From Eledone cirrhosa (Eukaryota), in NCBI GenBank assembly GCA_964016885.1, contig OZ024742.1, positions 157,852,001 through 157,916,000 of the forward strand: DNA of 64,000 nucleotides, written 5' to 3'. The notes beneath the pieces are model-generated. The model saw only the letters and a program-made list of their open reading frames with translations. It made no database searches and was not told where the DNA came from. The position numbers were made by a program, and so were the translations under genes. This document shows positions 41,306 to 54,500 of the stretch, in pieces; the stretch's first letter is position 1, and each line of letters begins with the position of its first letter.

Positions 41306-41361
41306 CAGTGAGGTTTTTTTTACAAAATGAAAAATAACCAAGGTGTCCTACACGAGTGAAA

Positions 41362-41576
41362 GTATAAAGAAAAAGAGATGAAATCGAAAATGCAATTGGA
41401 GTCTTATTTTTTTTTAAATATATATATTTATTTGGTTCCTTTACCGGTTTCGCAGTTCTTCTGCTTTTCAAAAGCAGAAGAACTGCGAAACCGGCAAAGG
41501 AACCAAATAAATATATATATTTTTTTTAAAAATAAGACTCCAGTTGCATTTTAGATTTCATCTCTTTTTCTTTATA
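41362..41576. repeat. Near-perfect palindrome (about 105 bp arms, 2 bp spacer) beginning inside a hammerhead
   Basis: Centre ctgctttt-c-aaaagcag; gcag(aagaa)ctgcGAAACcgGTA on the minus arm. Confidence 0.92.
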
Positions 41577-41632
41577 TATATATATATATATATATAGAAG
41601 GATTTAAATGGATACAGTTCAGTAAAAGGAAT

Positions 41633-41753
41633 TTATTGACACGTGTTTCAATAACAGTTATATAACCTGAAAACGGCTGCTATCTACAAACTATTAATTA
41701 TGCAGACACTGAATATGTCAATGTTATTTTCAACTATCATTTCATCAGAATAA
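41633..41753 (-). ncRNA. Hammerhead motif with about 92 nt helix II in the 3' pLTR of PLE 4
   Basis: Mirror of 44863-44983. Confidence 0.8.
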
Positions 41754-42272
41754 TCTCACTGAGAACTTGTTTGGTTTTTATAGAGAATATTAAGAGGGAA
41801 AGGTGAAGTTAGAAGAAGAGTTAAGGAAGTGGATAGAAATTTTTGATAGCAGTGGGTAATTAGATTCCCATCTGTTGTTTTGACATTTTTTATAGAATAC
41901 ATTATTTGGCGTTGGTTAATTTTCTAAATCTATAGAAGGATTAGAGATAGTAAAGATATGCATGGTTGATTTTGTGTTGACACTTAATTAACATACAGAG
42001 TTAAATTTTTCTTTCAAGTGTCTGTATCCATTCGCCCACACATATATATATGTGTATATATACTTATTTTTTTTACGCACATACATATATGCTCACCTCT
42101 ACAAATACATACACTCACATACACATACTTACATGCTCATACTTACATACATATATACATTACATATATATATATATATATATATATATCATTATATATA
42201 TATGTACCCACATACGCATTCATGTATATACACTTTCATACTCTACTTATCTTCATATACACACATATAGAT

Positions 42273-42331
<59 letters not shown>

Positions 42332-42619
42332 CACATATACATGAATACACATACATTTAATTATACACATCAAATATATATATACACACTCGCCTACTTA
42401 TTTACTTATTTATATACATTTTCACCTATATACATACATATGGTCGCTTTTAGACACATTCATTATAGCATATTCGCACCTATTCTCATCCGCATATCTT
42501 TCCATTATTAGTGTGGTAATTTGAGGTTATTAATAGTACATATATATGTTGAGAAGAGATTGTGTTTATATTTTTCTAACTAGATTGATGATTTGTATAA
42601 TTGGGAGGATGTCCCTCGT

Positions 42620-44550
42620 TTATGTAATATTCAGCTTGTAGTGGGAAAAAAGGGTTTTAGTTCGGTGACGGCAGAATAATGTTCGTTCAATTCTGTTATT
42701 AAGCAGTTTCTTCTTGTGTGTGATTATGTAATAAATCTCAAGATTACATAATTTGCAGAAATTTTGGCTCCTGGAAAAGCTTTGGGTTTTAGCTAATTTC
42801 TCCCATTTTAGGGTAGACTTTTGATCGCTATCCCTGTGTGTCCAAGCTTTTTCTGCTAAAGTTGTTACATTTCTTTGGCTCTGGTGTTTTATTGAGTAAG
42901 AATGCCTATGTAATCGAGATTTAAACGATGTTGCCGTTGATCCCACGTAATACCACTCGTTGCTTCCGGATTCAATGGTACACTTATAGATGATATTTTT
43001 TTCAAGGCAGTTATTGCCGAGGGGGCAATTGTCATGATAGGTGCAGTTACAGTTGTGTACGTTGGTTTTGTAGTTATGTTTACTCTGGAGTAGTATTGCG
43101 GACGAACTTAGGTGTGGTTTATTTATGTTCTGTAGTGTATTGTCTACTGTTTTTTTGTGCTCTTTGTACTTAAGTTTTTAGTGTTTTCGTTTAACCTTCT
43201 AGTATTGATCTTTTTTATGTGTTGTTCAAGGTTTAACGCTGTAGAGTATGACAGTCTTATAGTGGTAGGGTTTAGGATTTTGTGGTATTTGTGTGATGTA
43301 GGAAAATGTTTCCTAACTATTTTAAAGAAGAGTACTGGTAAATGTGTACTAATGGAACTATTGTATTCAGGGTTATACCATAAGTACTCTTTGCATCCCT
43401 TTCTATTAGTTTTGTTTGTTGGTTTACTGGTGTGTACACTATGGGAGTAAGTGTGGTTTGGTGTTGTGTTATTATTTCTACCTATGTGGGATTTATTTTG
43501 GGTGTTTTGATTGTTTTCATCTATATATTCTATTTTGTTGGGGTAGCCTGCTTTACTAAGGGCGTTATCGTAGTACTGGGCGTGTTCCTTAAATACTTGT
43601 ATGTTGGAAGATAGACCCGAGATTCTAAGGGAAATATTTTTAGGGATAGATTTAATTATAGAGATGGGGTGGTTAGACCCAACATTTACGTATTTGAGAT
43701 TTTCATTCAATTTATGAAACGGTTTAATCAGACCAGAGTTTAAATTGAGTGTGACATCCAGGAAGTTAACTACTTTAAGGTTGTGTTCATATGTTATAGT
43801 TAGTCCTATTTCGAGTAGTAGTTTTCTTATATCTTTGCGTAGTTGTTCTAGTTTTTGCTTATTTCGGTTTTTAACTAGGAGGAGAGCATCATCGCGGTAT
43901 ATTCCACCGTGGAGATTACTGAATTTTTCCTGGAGTTTAAAGGCCATAAATAACCCCACAATATCAGTTATTTCCACCGAATAGTTAGAGCCCATTGTTA
44001 TGTCAAAGTTGGAGGGTCTTTCTTTACGAACCCAATAACTGTTCTCAAATTTGACTATAGTTTTCCTAGCTTCTAATATAATCTTAATTTCTTCGTTTGT
44101 AAGGTCAGAGTTATCCTTAGCAAACTCAATGGCTCTATTCAGAGTTTCAGGTGATATCGATGAGTAATATTCATCGATATCATACTGGATAAACTTAGAT
44201 TTATTCTTATTGCTAATGCTATTAAACCATCTAATTGCTTCTTGGGTCTTCCCCCAGAGTTTAATGTTAACCTTAGCCTTAATTTGGAGGATGATTCTCT
44301 CTAAGATATATTTGCTTATTTTACCTATATCTGATTTAGAGGGGCAGATTAGTCTAATTTTAGGGTCATTATCAAAGTTTACCTTATGGTCCTTTAGATT
44401 GAAGGTGGGTACCGCCGGTAAGATTGGTCCTGTCATATCTTCGATTCCGAGATTTTTCACTATTTCGCATGCCTCATCATTGATGTGCTTAAGGGTTACT
44501 TCACTCGTTTTTCTATATTTTTTATGTAGTTCTTTTCGAATGAAGTTTTA
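42620..44550 (-). pseudogene. RT-GIY-YIG ORF of PLE 4, one frameshift near 43150
   Basis: ORFs 43144-44460 and 42620-42946 lie in different frames; the linker translates cleanly in the second frame. Confidence 0.88.
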
Positions 44551-44862
44551 AAAAAATAAGTATATATACACATATATCTATGTGTGGGCGAATGGATACA
44601 CACACTTGAAAGAAACATTTAAGTCTGTATGTTAATTAAGTGCAAACACAAAACCAACCATGCATATCTTTACTATCTCTAATCCTTCTATAGATTTAGA
44701 AAAATAACCAACGCCAAATAATGTATTCTATAAAATATGTCAAAACTACAATCTAATTACCCACTGCTATCAAAAATGTCTATCCACTTCCTTAACTATT
44801 CTTCTAACTTCACCCTTCCCTCTTAATATTCTCTATAAAAACCAAACAAGTTCTCAGTGAGA

Positions 44863-44983
44863 TTATTCTGATGAAATGATAGTTGGAAATAACATTGAAA
44901 TATTGAGTGTCTGCATAATTAATAGTTTGTAGATAGCAGCCGTTTTCAGGTTATATAACTGTTATTGAAACACGTGTCAATAA
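44863..44983 (+). ncRNA. Hammerhead motif with about 92 nt helix II
   Basis: ttatt-CTGATGA-aatgatagtt...aactgttatt-GAAAC-acgt-GTC-aataa; canonical core, GUC site. Confidence 0.83.
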
Positions 44984-45126
44984 ATTCCTTTTACTGAACT
45001 GTATCCATTTAAATCATTCTATTTTCTCCGGATTACTTTTGAAACTACAACTGGAACCGTTGAGCAAACCCTACGTGAGCTGTCCATCTACTGTGTGTAA
45101 TATTCATATTACAACACTACGGAAAA

Positions 45127-45163
<37 letters not shown>

Positions 45164-45211
45164 TATAGTATTTTCCGTAGTGTATACATATATATATATA
45201 TATATTTAGTA

Positions 45212-45261
<50 letters not shown>

Positions 45262-45437
45262 TGTTTCTACTTTAGGCACAAGGCCAGCAATTATCCAGTG
45301 CATTACTGGTACTTTATTTTATCGACCCCGTAAGGATGAAAGGCAAAGTCAACCTCGGCGGGATTTGAACTCAGATCGTAAAGGGACATAACTATGCTGG
45401 AAAGCATGGCGTCCGACCCTCTACCGATACTGCCAAT
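45212..45437 (-). mobile_element. tRNA-derived SINE with (ATT)n tail
   Basis: A and B boxes and Nin-like core as at 38375-38800. Confidence 0.88.
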
Positions 45438-46089
45438 CAATAATAATAATAATAATAATAATAATAAAGGAAAACATCGAAATATCTCAATAGACTGAAT
45501 TGATGACCCGATCAAAATAAAAAAAAACAATATTCACAATCAAGTTTTAGTTTTAACAAAATGTTTAATATTATGGGTAAATGTCAACACAAAAACGCGA
45601 CTAACGATAATTTCACTAAAGATAATTTCACCACCAATACCACCACCACTACCACGATGAAAATTCTGGTCAAGTCGACTCAAATTTCTACTCCAACTTC
45701 AACGCCATCACTACAGTAATACGACCACATTACCACCACCGCTGCCTCACTATCGCTAACGCCGCTATTCTCTCCCACTACCTCCTGCTAGTTGCTGCTA
45801 GCACAGCACCGTCGCCGCTGCCTCAATATCACTACCGCCGCTATTCTCTCCCGCTATCCCCTGCTACATTGTAGAATTCCCACTAAAAGAGGAAAACATC
45901 AAAATATATAAATAGACTGAATTGATGACCGGGTCAAAATAAAAAAAATTAATTAATTTAAAAAAAATCAGAATCAAAACAGCACAGCAACAACGAAAAG
46001 CGTAAAGGAAATAAAAATGAAGAGAAAAACAAACGGACGGACAGAGAAGGGAAGGGAAAAACTAATTCAGACATTCAAACACTACATTA

Positions 46090-49000
46090 CAATGAAACTT
46101 ATGCTTATTCATTTTTGGGTTTTTTTCTGAATGTTTGTTTGTTTGTTTGGGTTTGTCTACAGCGTGATAATGCCACACAAAAGTCACGTGGAGTGACGAA
46201 ACCACCGGAGACAAGTAATTCACCGGTTGTTATGTAACCATACATTCGCCAATCCTTGATAAGAGTGTTTAAATGTCGAACCTAAACAGTTCGAATAACG
46301 GTGAAATGGAGACTAGAATGTCATGTGACAGACTCTCACCCAACAGGTGCTCCCTGGCTCAGCATCAGGGACCTGGCTGTCAACCAAATACTGCTGGTGT
46401 CGGAGGAAGAACAAGAAGGAAAGGGACCAGAACCAACTGGACGAAAGCATTGAATAGAACTGTTATGCAATGTTACCTGAAGAGTAACCCCAAGGAGAAA
46501 GGCTATAGGAAAAGGATGCATAACATCTGGAACGAGATTGGTCCATTTAAATTAGATGAACAAAAACTGGCCGGGCAGGCTCGGGTAATAAGAACTAATG
46601 TGTGGATAAGCGAGCTGGAACTGGAGGAACTGGAGGAACTGGGCAGAGAGATTAGCTTGGAGATGGAGGGTGGAGTATGCCAGGCAAACGAGCCAGTGGG
46701 AAATGAAGGTGAAGAGGTCGAGAAAACGGAGGAGCCACCCGAAAAATACAATGATCTGAATGCTGAGATAAATAATACCTGGAATAGAGATACGGCCACT
46801 GAGGAGTTGAATGCTGACGGGCTAGGACAATATTTGGTTGATATCCTAAACTTATTGGTAGATGAATTGAACAATGATAGTGGGAGACCTATCAACCTAA
46901 GATTTGTAGACAGGAAAAAGTTAAAAGAAACAACAGCTAAGGTAAACAAAGTCATCCCATACCTTGAAGCGAGGAGCCTTCACCAGTGCAACAATATCCT
47001 CAAAGCAACAGCAAATACGGTGAGGAAACTACTTGGTATAAAAGCGAGAGGAAATAACAGACAAGAAAGAACGGAGCCTAGGTGGAAGAAACGACTGAGT
47101 GGTCAAATCAGGGAAATGAGAAATGACATTGGAAAGCTTGAGTCCCTACTGAATGGGACACTAAAAAACATAGACACTAAAAATAGACTGATAATAAAGT
47201 ACAAAAATAGGAGGAAAAAGCTAAATATTATCATAGAGGAACTGGAGCAACGCATTGTAGCCAAGAGTGCAAAAATCAGGCGATACGAGAACAGAGTCAG
47301 CCAGTATAGACAGAACCGCATGTTCGACAACAACCAGAAGATGCTGTTTGGACAGCTTGAATGGAAAGAAATATGGAGAGGAATATGGGAGCAGGTTGTT
47401 AAACATAATGACCAGGCAGTGTGGATTGAGACAGTACAGAAGGAGATTAGTGAACAGGCACGGCAACAAACTGATTTGAGTATCACAGTTGAAACTCTTA
47501 AGGGGCAGGCCAAAAAACTAACCAACTGGAAATCACCTGGCCCAGATGGTGTGCAGGGGTATTGGATTAAAAACATAACATCCCTCCACCCGAAACTGAC
47601 AACCATGTTCAATGACTGCTTGATGTCAGGTGAGGTACCAGAGTGGTTGACAAAAGGTACCACAGTTCTGATAATGAAAGACCGAATCAAGGGTAATGAT
47701 GCTACCAACTATAGACCTATCACATGTCTGTCCGTAATGTGGAAACTGTTGACAAGCATTATGTCTGAGGAAATCTACCATCACCTCCACACAAACAACT
47801 TCTTACCGGACGAACAGAAAGGATGCTGAAATAAGTCACGTGGTACAAAGGACCAGTTACTTATTGATAAGATGGTAATGAGGAATTGCAAGAGGAGACA
47901 CACTGGTCTTGCCATGGGATGGATAGACTACAAAAAGGCATTTGACATGGTGCCTCATTCTTGGATCACCAAAAGCCTGGAGGTCTTCAAGGAGGCAGAT
48001 AACATCAAGCAGTTGTTGGGAAAAAGTATGAAGTCCTGGCAAACAGAGTTAACATCAACTGGGGAATCCTTGGGAAGCGTGAAGATCAAGAGAGGTATCT
48101 TCCAGGGAGATAGTCTGTCCCCTCTGTTGTTTGTCCTTGCCCTGATGCCCCTGACCAGTGTAGTGCGAAAAGTGAGAGCAGGATACAAGTTGGGAAAGGG
48201 AGAGCTTACCATCAATCACCTCCTCTTCATGGACGATCTTAAGCTCTTCGGGAAAAGTGAGAAGGAGTTGGATGTGCTTGTTGACACTGTCCGTATTTTC
48301 AGCAATGATATATGTATGCAATTTGGTATTAGTAAGTGTGGAGTCTTTGTGATGAGGAGGGGTAAGTTGAGCAGAAGTAACGGAATCCAGATACCAACAG
48401 GTGAGATGATAAAAGAAATTGACACTGAGGAAGGATACAAGTGTTTGGGCGTTCTGGAGGCTGATGACATCAAGAACAAAAAAATGAAGGAATTGATAAG
48501 AACTGAATACCTTCGGAGAGTAAGGAGCATATTAAAGTCACATCTGAACAGTAGGAATGGCATAAGTGCAGTAAATTCCCGAGCTGTGTCTATTATTAGG
48601 TACAGTGCGGGAATTCTGAGATGGAATGTTGCTGAACAAAAAGAAATGGATAGGAAGACTAGGAAGCTATTGACTATCTACAATATGTTCCACAAGAGGA
48701 GTGATGTCGATAGACTCTACTTAAGGAGATCTGAGGGTGGAAGAGGTCTTATCAGCATAGAGGACTGTGTTCAGATGGAGAAAAACAGCCTACACAAATA
48801 CGTGACTGATAGTAAGGAGCCAATGCTCAGAACTGTACTGAAGGAGGGGACAATAGGCGAGGGGATGTCCAAGGAGGAAGTAACATCAAGGAGAGAGAGC
48901 AGCCTTCAGGAAAAATCCCTTCATAGTACCTTCTTTGAGAAAACTGAATTTAGAGATCCACAGACATGGAACTGGTTGAAAAAAGGAGACCTTAAAAAGG

Positions 49001-49742
49001 CTACAGAAGGAATGTTAATGGCTGCGCAGGAGCAGGCCCTCAAAACGAAGTGGTTGAAACACCACATTTACAAGGAGGAGGCTAGCCCACTGTGCAGGAT
49101 CTGTGGAGAGAGAGAGGAGATTGTGGCTCACATTGTATCCGAGCGTAAACACCTAGCCCAAACTCACTATAAGGGCTGGAGACATGATGTGATGGGCAGG
49201 GTGGTCCACTGGCACCTATGCAAAGTAAACAATTTACCACATTCTGAGAAGTGGTATGAGCATAAGCCAGAGGCGGTGATAGAAAACGATCAGGTGAAGG
49301 TGCTGTGGGATTTTAGGATACAGACGGACAAGAAACTAGAACACAATAGACCTAACCTGGTGGTTTTGGACAAAGAAAAAATATCGTGCCTGATTGTGAA
49401 TGTGGCCTGCTCATTCGACACGAGAGTGCAAGAGAAGGAGAGGGAGAAAATTAACCGATACCAGGACTTAAAGTGGGAGGTAAAAAGGATTTGGAACTGC
49501 CATGAAGTCAAAGTGATCCCGATTGTCATAGGCGCACTAGGGACTATCTCAAAAAGTTTCCAGGGATGGTTAAAGAAAATTGGCCCCTTCACGCTTTTTG
49601 GAACGCTTCAAAAGGCATGCTTGCTGGGAACAGCAAGAACCCTCCGATACGTCCTGAATATCTGAGACTGCAGGTAGTGTCTTGATAATCATCTCAACAA
49701 ACTTTCCAGTTAACTAACATCAATGACTGAGACTCAAAGAGT
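46090..49742 (+). mobile_element. R4/Dong-like RLE non-LTR retrotransposon, copy 1, ending in (TAA)n
   Basis: [46 protein letters not shown] zinc knuckle, RHD, RP(N)LV RLE domain. Confidence 0.92.
46273..49665 (+). pseudogene. Single RT-RLE ORF with one premature TGA (47827) and mutated RLE acidic residues
   Basis: ORFs 46273-47829 and 47872-49665 are in frame; copy 2 has CGA at the stop and RPD/VDV at the nuclease site. Confidence 0.9.
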
Positions 49743-49749
49743 AATAACA

Positions 49750-49952
49750 ATAATAATAATAATAATAATAATAATAATTGTTTCTACTTTAGGCACAAGG
49801 TCAGCAATTAACCAGTGCATTACTGGTACTTTATTTTATCGACCCCGTAAGGATGAAAGGCAAAGTTAACCTCGGCGGGATTTAAACTCAGATCGTAAAG
49901 GGACATAACTATGCTGGAAAGCATGGCGTCCGACCCTCTATCGATACTGCCA
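49750..49952 (-). mobile_element. tRNA-derived SINE, near-identical to 45255-45437
   Basis: About 5 differences over about 180 bp by eye. Confidence 0.88.
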
Positions 49953-50290
49953 TTCCACAATAAAAATGGAAGAATACGCACTTGGTGAATAGGGTGTTAT
50001 AGAATCGCTCCTGTAAGTTTTTGATTTTTTACATATTTAAAACAATTGTGATAGAATAATTCTTATTACAAATGGGACATAAGATACCAGTCTTAAATCT
50101 CAGGAAGTGATAACGCATGACATTATGATATAGGGTTCCAATATTTAATATTTAATTTTGTATCAGAAATGTTTTAGTCAAAAAAGAAAATGGTTACAAA
50201 TGGTCACAAATGGAACAAAACAACAGCCAAATAAGTTCACCACCAACACCACCAACGCCGCCGCCACCACCACCGCTACCACAAAAAATG

Positions 50291-50725
50291 TAACTAGATA
50301 TAAACCATCACGACAGTACTACTATCCCATCACTATCATCACCGCCGTCACCACTGCATCATCGCTACCATCACTATTCCTCACTACATCCTGTTAAGAG
50401 AGGGATGGTAATAGTGCCACTACACATGACTAGAAGCGAGGAAGTCACCAAAAGATATAAATAGACTGGTTTAGTGCCCCGGTCAAACAGCTAACAACAA
50501 CACCATAATAATTATTGTTGTTAGCTGTTTGACCGGGTCACTAAACCAGTCTATTTATATCTTTTGGTGACTTCCTCGCTTCTAGTCATGTGGAATGGCA
50601 CTATTACCATCCCTCTCTTAACAGGATGTAGTGAGGGAATAGTGGTGGTAGCGATGATGCAGTGGTGACGGTGGTGATGATGGTGATTGGATAGTAGTAC
50701 TGTTGTGATGGTTTGTATCTAGCTA
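50291..50725. repeat. Palindrome (about 210 bp arms) at the 5' end of Dong-like copy 2
   Basis: 50291-50500 is the reverse complement of 50515-50725; centre contains taataattatt. Confidence 0.92.
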
Positions 50726-53700
50726 CAAGATGGTTTGTATCTAGCTACAAAGTTTATGTATTCATGTTCGTCTACAGTGTGATGGTGCCATGCTAAAATC
50801 ACCGGGGGTGGGGTAGGGGGGGGGGGGGTTATGAAATCACCGGTGGTTATGTAACCATACATTCACTAATCCTTGATATGAATGTTTAAATGTCGAACCT
50901 AATCAGTTCGAATAACGGTGAAGAGGAGACTGGGACGTCATGTGAAAGACTCTCACCCAGCAAGTGCTCCCTGGCCCAGCAGCAGGGACTTGACTTTCAT
51001 CCAAATACTGCTGGTGTTGGAGGAAGAAGAAGAAGGAAAGGGACAAGAACCAACTGAACTAAAGAATTGAATAGAACTGTCATGGAATGTTACCCGAAGG
51101 GTAACCCCATGGAAAAAGGCTATAGGAAACGGATGCATAACATCTGGAACGAGATTGGTCTATTTAAATTAGATGAACAAAAATTGGCCGAGCAAGCTTG
51201 GGTAATAAGGACTAATGGATGGATAAGCGAGCTGGAACTGGAGGAACTGAGCAGAGAGATTAAGTTGGAAATGAAGAGTAGAGTTTGTCAGGCAAACGAG
51301 CTAGTGCGAAATGAAGATGAAGAGGTTGAGAGACCTGAGGAAGCATCCGAAGCAAGCAATGATCTGAATGCTGAAATAAATAACATCTGGAACAAAGATA
51401 CGGCCATTGCGGAAATGAATGCTGACGGACTATGACAGGATTTGTTTGATATCCTGAACTTAGTGGTAGATGAAATGAACAATGATAGGGGAAAATAGAT
51501 GAACCTAATATTTATAGACAGGAAAAAGTTAAAAGAAACAACAGCTAAGGTAAACAAAGTCATCCCATACATTGAGGCGAGGAACCTTCACCAATGCAAC
51601 AATATCCTCAAAGCAACAGCAAATGCGTTGAGGAAATTACTTGGCATAAAAACGAGAGGAAACAACAAACAAGATAGATCAGAACCTTGGTGGAAGAAAC
51701 GACTGAATGGACAAATCAAGAAAATGAGGAAAGACATTGGAAAGCTTGAGTCCCTACTGAATGGGACATTGCAAAACATAGACACTAAAAATAGATTGGA
51801 AATAAAGTACAAAACTAGGGGTAAAAACATAAATATTATCACAGAAGAACTGAAGCAACGAATTGTAGCAAAAAGTGGAAAGATTAGGCGCTATGAGGGC
51901 AGAATCAGTCACTAAAGACAGAACCGCATGCTTGACAACAGCCAGAAGATGTTGTTTGGGCAGCTTAAAGGAAAGAAAGAGGCAACGATGTGATCCCTGA
52001 GGCGGAACAGACTAAGATATTCTGGAGAGGAATATGGGAGCAGGATGTTGAACCTTATGGTCAGGCAGTGATTGAGACAGTACAACAGGAGATTAGTGAA
52101 CAAGAATCCCAACCAACTGGAAATCACCAGGCCCAGATGGTGTGCAGGGGTATTGGATTAAAAATATAACATGCCTCCACCCGAAACTGACAACCATGTT
52201 CAATGACTGCTTGATGTCGGGTAAGGTACCAGAGTGGTTGACAAAAGGTACCACAGTTCTGGTAAAGAAAGACCGAATCAAGGGTAATGATGTCACCAAC
52301 TATAGACCTATCACATGTAATGTAGAAACTGTTAACAAGCATTGTGTCTGAGGAAATCTACCATCACCTCCACATAAACAACTTGTTACCGGACGAACAG
52401 AAAGGATGCCGAAAGAAGTCCCGTGGTAAAAAATACCATTTACTTATTGATAAGCCCGTAATGAGGAATTGCAGGAGGAGACACACTGGTCTTGCCATGG
52501 GATGGATAGATTACAAAAAGGCATTCCACATGGTACCCCATTCTTGGATAACCAAAAGACTAGAGATTTTCAAAGTGGCAGATAACATCCGACAGTTGTT
52601 GAGCAAAATATGAAGTCCTGGGAAACAGAGTTAACATCGGGTGGAGAATCCTTGGGTGGCATGAAGATCAAGAGAGGTATCTTCCAGGGGGATAGATTGT
52701 CCCCTCTGTTGTTCGTCCTTGCCCTGATATCCCTGACCATTATACTACGAAAAGTGAGAGCAGGATACAAGTTGGGAAAAGTAGAGCTTACCATCAACCA
52801 CCTCCTCTTCATGGACGATCTCAAACTCTTTCGGAAGAGTAAAAAGGAGTTGGATGTACATGTTGACATATGGGTAAATTGAGCAGAAGCAACGGAATCC
52901 AGGTACCAACAGGTGAGATGATAAAGGAAATTGACACTGAAGAAGGATACAAATATTTCGGTGTACTGGTGGCAGATGACATCAAGAACAAAAAAAATGA
53001 CGGAATTGATAATATCTGAGTACATTAGGAGAGTAAGGAGCGTATTAAAGTCACATCTAAATAGTAGGAATGTCATAAGTGCAATTAATTCCCGAGCTGT
53101 GTCTATTATTAGGTGCAGTGCGGGAATTCTGAAATGGAATATTGCTGAACAAAAAGAAATGGATAGGAAGACTAGGGAGGTATCGACTATCTACAACATG
53201 TGCCACAAGAGGAGTGATGTTGATAGATTCTACTTAAAGATATCTGAAGGTGGAAGAGATCTGAAGGTGGAATTGGCATAAGCCAGAGTCGGTGAAGGTG
53301 CTATGGGATTTTAGGATACAGACGGACAAGAACTTAGAACACAATAGGCCTGACCTGGTGGTTTTGGACAAGAAAAAAATCGTGCCTGATTGTAGATGTA
53401 GCCTGCTCATTTGACACGAGAGTGCAAGAAAAGGAGAGGGAGAAAATTAACCGATACCAGGATTTAAAGGGGTAGTTAAAAAGGATTTGGAACTGCCATG
53501 AAATCAAGGTCATCCCGATTGTCATAGGCGCACTAGGTACTATCTCAAATAGTTTCCAAGGATGGTTAAAGAAGAATAGTCCAGTCCCGCTCTTTGGAAC
53601 ACTTCAAAAGGCATGCTTGCTGGGAACAGCAAGAACACTCCGATATGTCCTGAATATCAGAGGCTGCAGGTAGCGGCTTGATATTCATTTCAACAAACAT

Positions 53701-53738
53701 TCCAGTTAAATAACATCAATGGCTGAGACTCAAAGAAC
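50515..53738 (+). mobile_element. R4/Dong-like element copy 2, decayed, with an internal deletion near 53260, ending in (TAA)n
   Basis: Colinear with copy 1 from about 50750; many stops and frameshifts. Confidence 0.92.
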
Positions 53739-53757
53739 AATAATAATAATAATATTA

Positions 53758-54500
53758 ATAATAATAAATTTGAAGCGTAAAATCCAAAGTGGGCTCGATA
53801 AGGGTAAATATATATCAAATAATTAAGAACCATAGAGCAATCATTTATTAAAATAACAGATTAAAGTTTAAGCAAGGAATCGCGTTTAAGAAGAGCTCTT
53901 AAAGTGTGAAAGCAGAAATTCCTTGGTTATACTTTAATCTGTTATTTTAATAAATAAATATATAGATATAGATATAGGCTTGAGGTCTGCCATTGGGGTC
54001 CTGAACATTTTCTTATATATATATTTATTTATTAAAATAACAGATTAAAGTTTAAGCAAGGAATCGCTGCTTTCATCCTTAAAGGGATATTCTTAAACGC
54101 GACTCCTTGCTTAAACTGGGTCCAGAAATAGCCGTCGAAATGGCTTAAGCTCTGCCGCCGCGGTCCTAAACATTTTCCTATTAGCCACTCTACTACCCAA
54201 AGTATCGAGTACTCTGGTGCGTTATGGTCCACCTGGTTCCTTACCACACTTCCTTCGTTATATATATATATATATATTTATTAAAATAACATATTAAAGT
54301 TTAAGCAAAGAATCGCTGCTTTCACCCTTAACGGGATCTTCTGAACTAACAAATCAATCTGTGAACGCAGAAGTGAATATTTCAAAAAACGTTGCAACCG
54401 GAGGAAGACAGAAAGACGATACTTTGGTTCGTGAAAATGTTGCCTGGCAAAGAACGGGAAAAAACGAATATAATACGTCATTGTTGGAGCTGTGGAAAAC
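53758..54500. mobile_element. Cluster of pLTR and 5' fragments of the Naiad-like family in alternating orientation
   Basis: Foldback 53845-53955; two-tailed unit 54028-54262; antisense pLTR 54277-54500. Confidence 0.8.

Larger units (their letters stand above)
41596..45130 (-). mobile_element. Penelope-like element 4 (Naiad-like), 5'-truncated, with an inverted copy of its 3' end (44553-45022) at the truncation point
   Basis: KDHK.NF...P..RLI.P.KSDIG, QYDIDEYYSSI, FDITMGS, GIYRDD, NFLDVT, SNHP, WYNP, CNC..CP...CL linker, IIY..YVGST; 41596-42060 is the reverse complement of 44553-45022. Confidence 0.92.

Noticed and set aside
42620-44550. Selenoprotein-type Naiad (UGA at conserved Cys, SECIS in the 3' region)
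   Set aside because: Linker cysteines are TGT/TGC in this element and no UGA replaces them in PLE 5; the ATGA..AA..GA pattern within helix II does not pair as a SECIS
47827-47829. In-frame TGA as possible selenocysteine or readthrough
   Set aside because: Copy 2 has CGA (Arg) here, so it is a simple CpG decay
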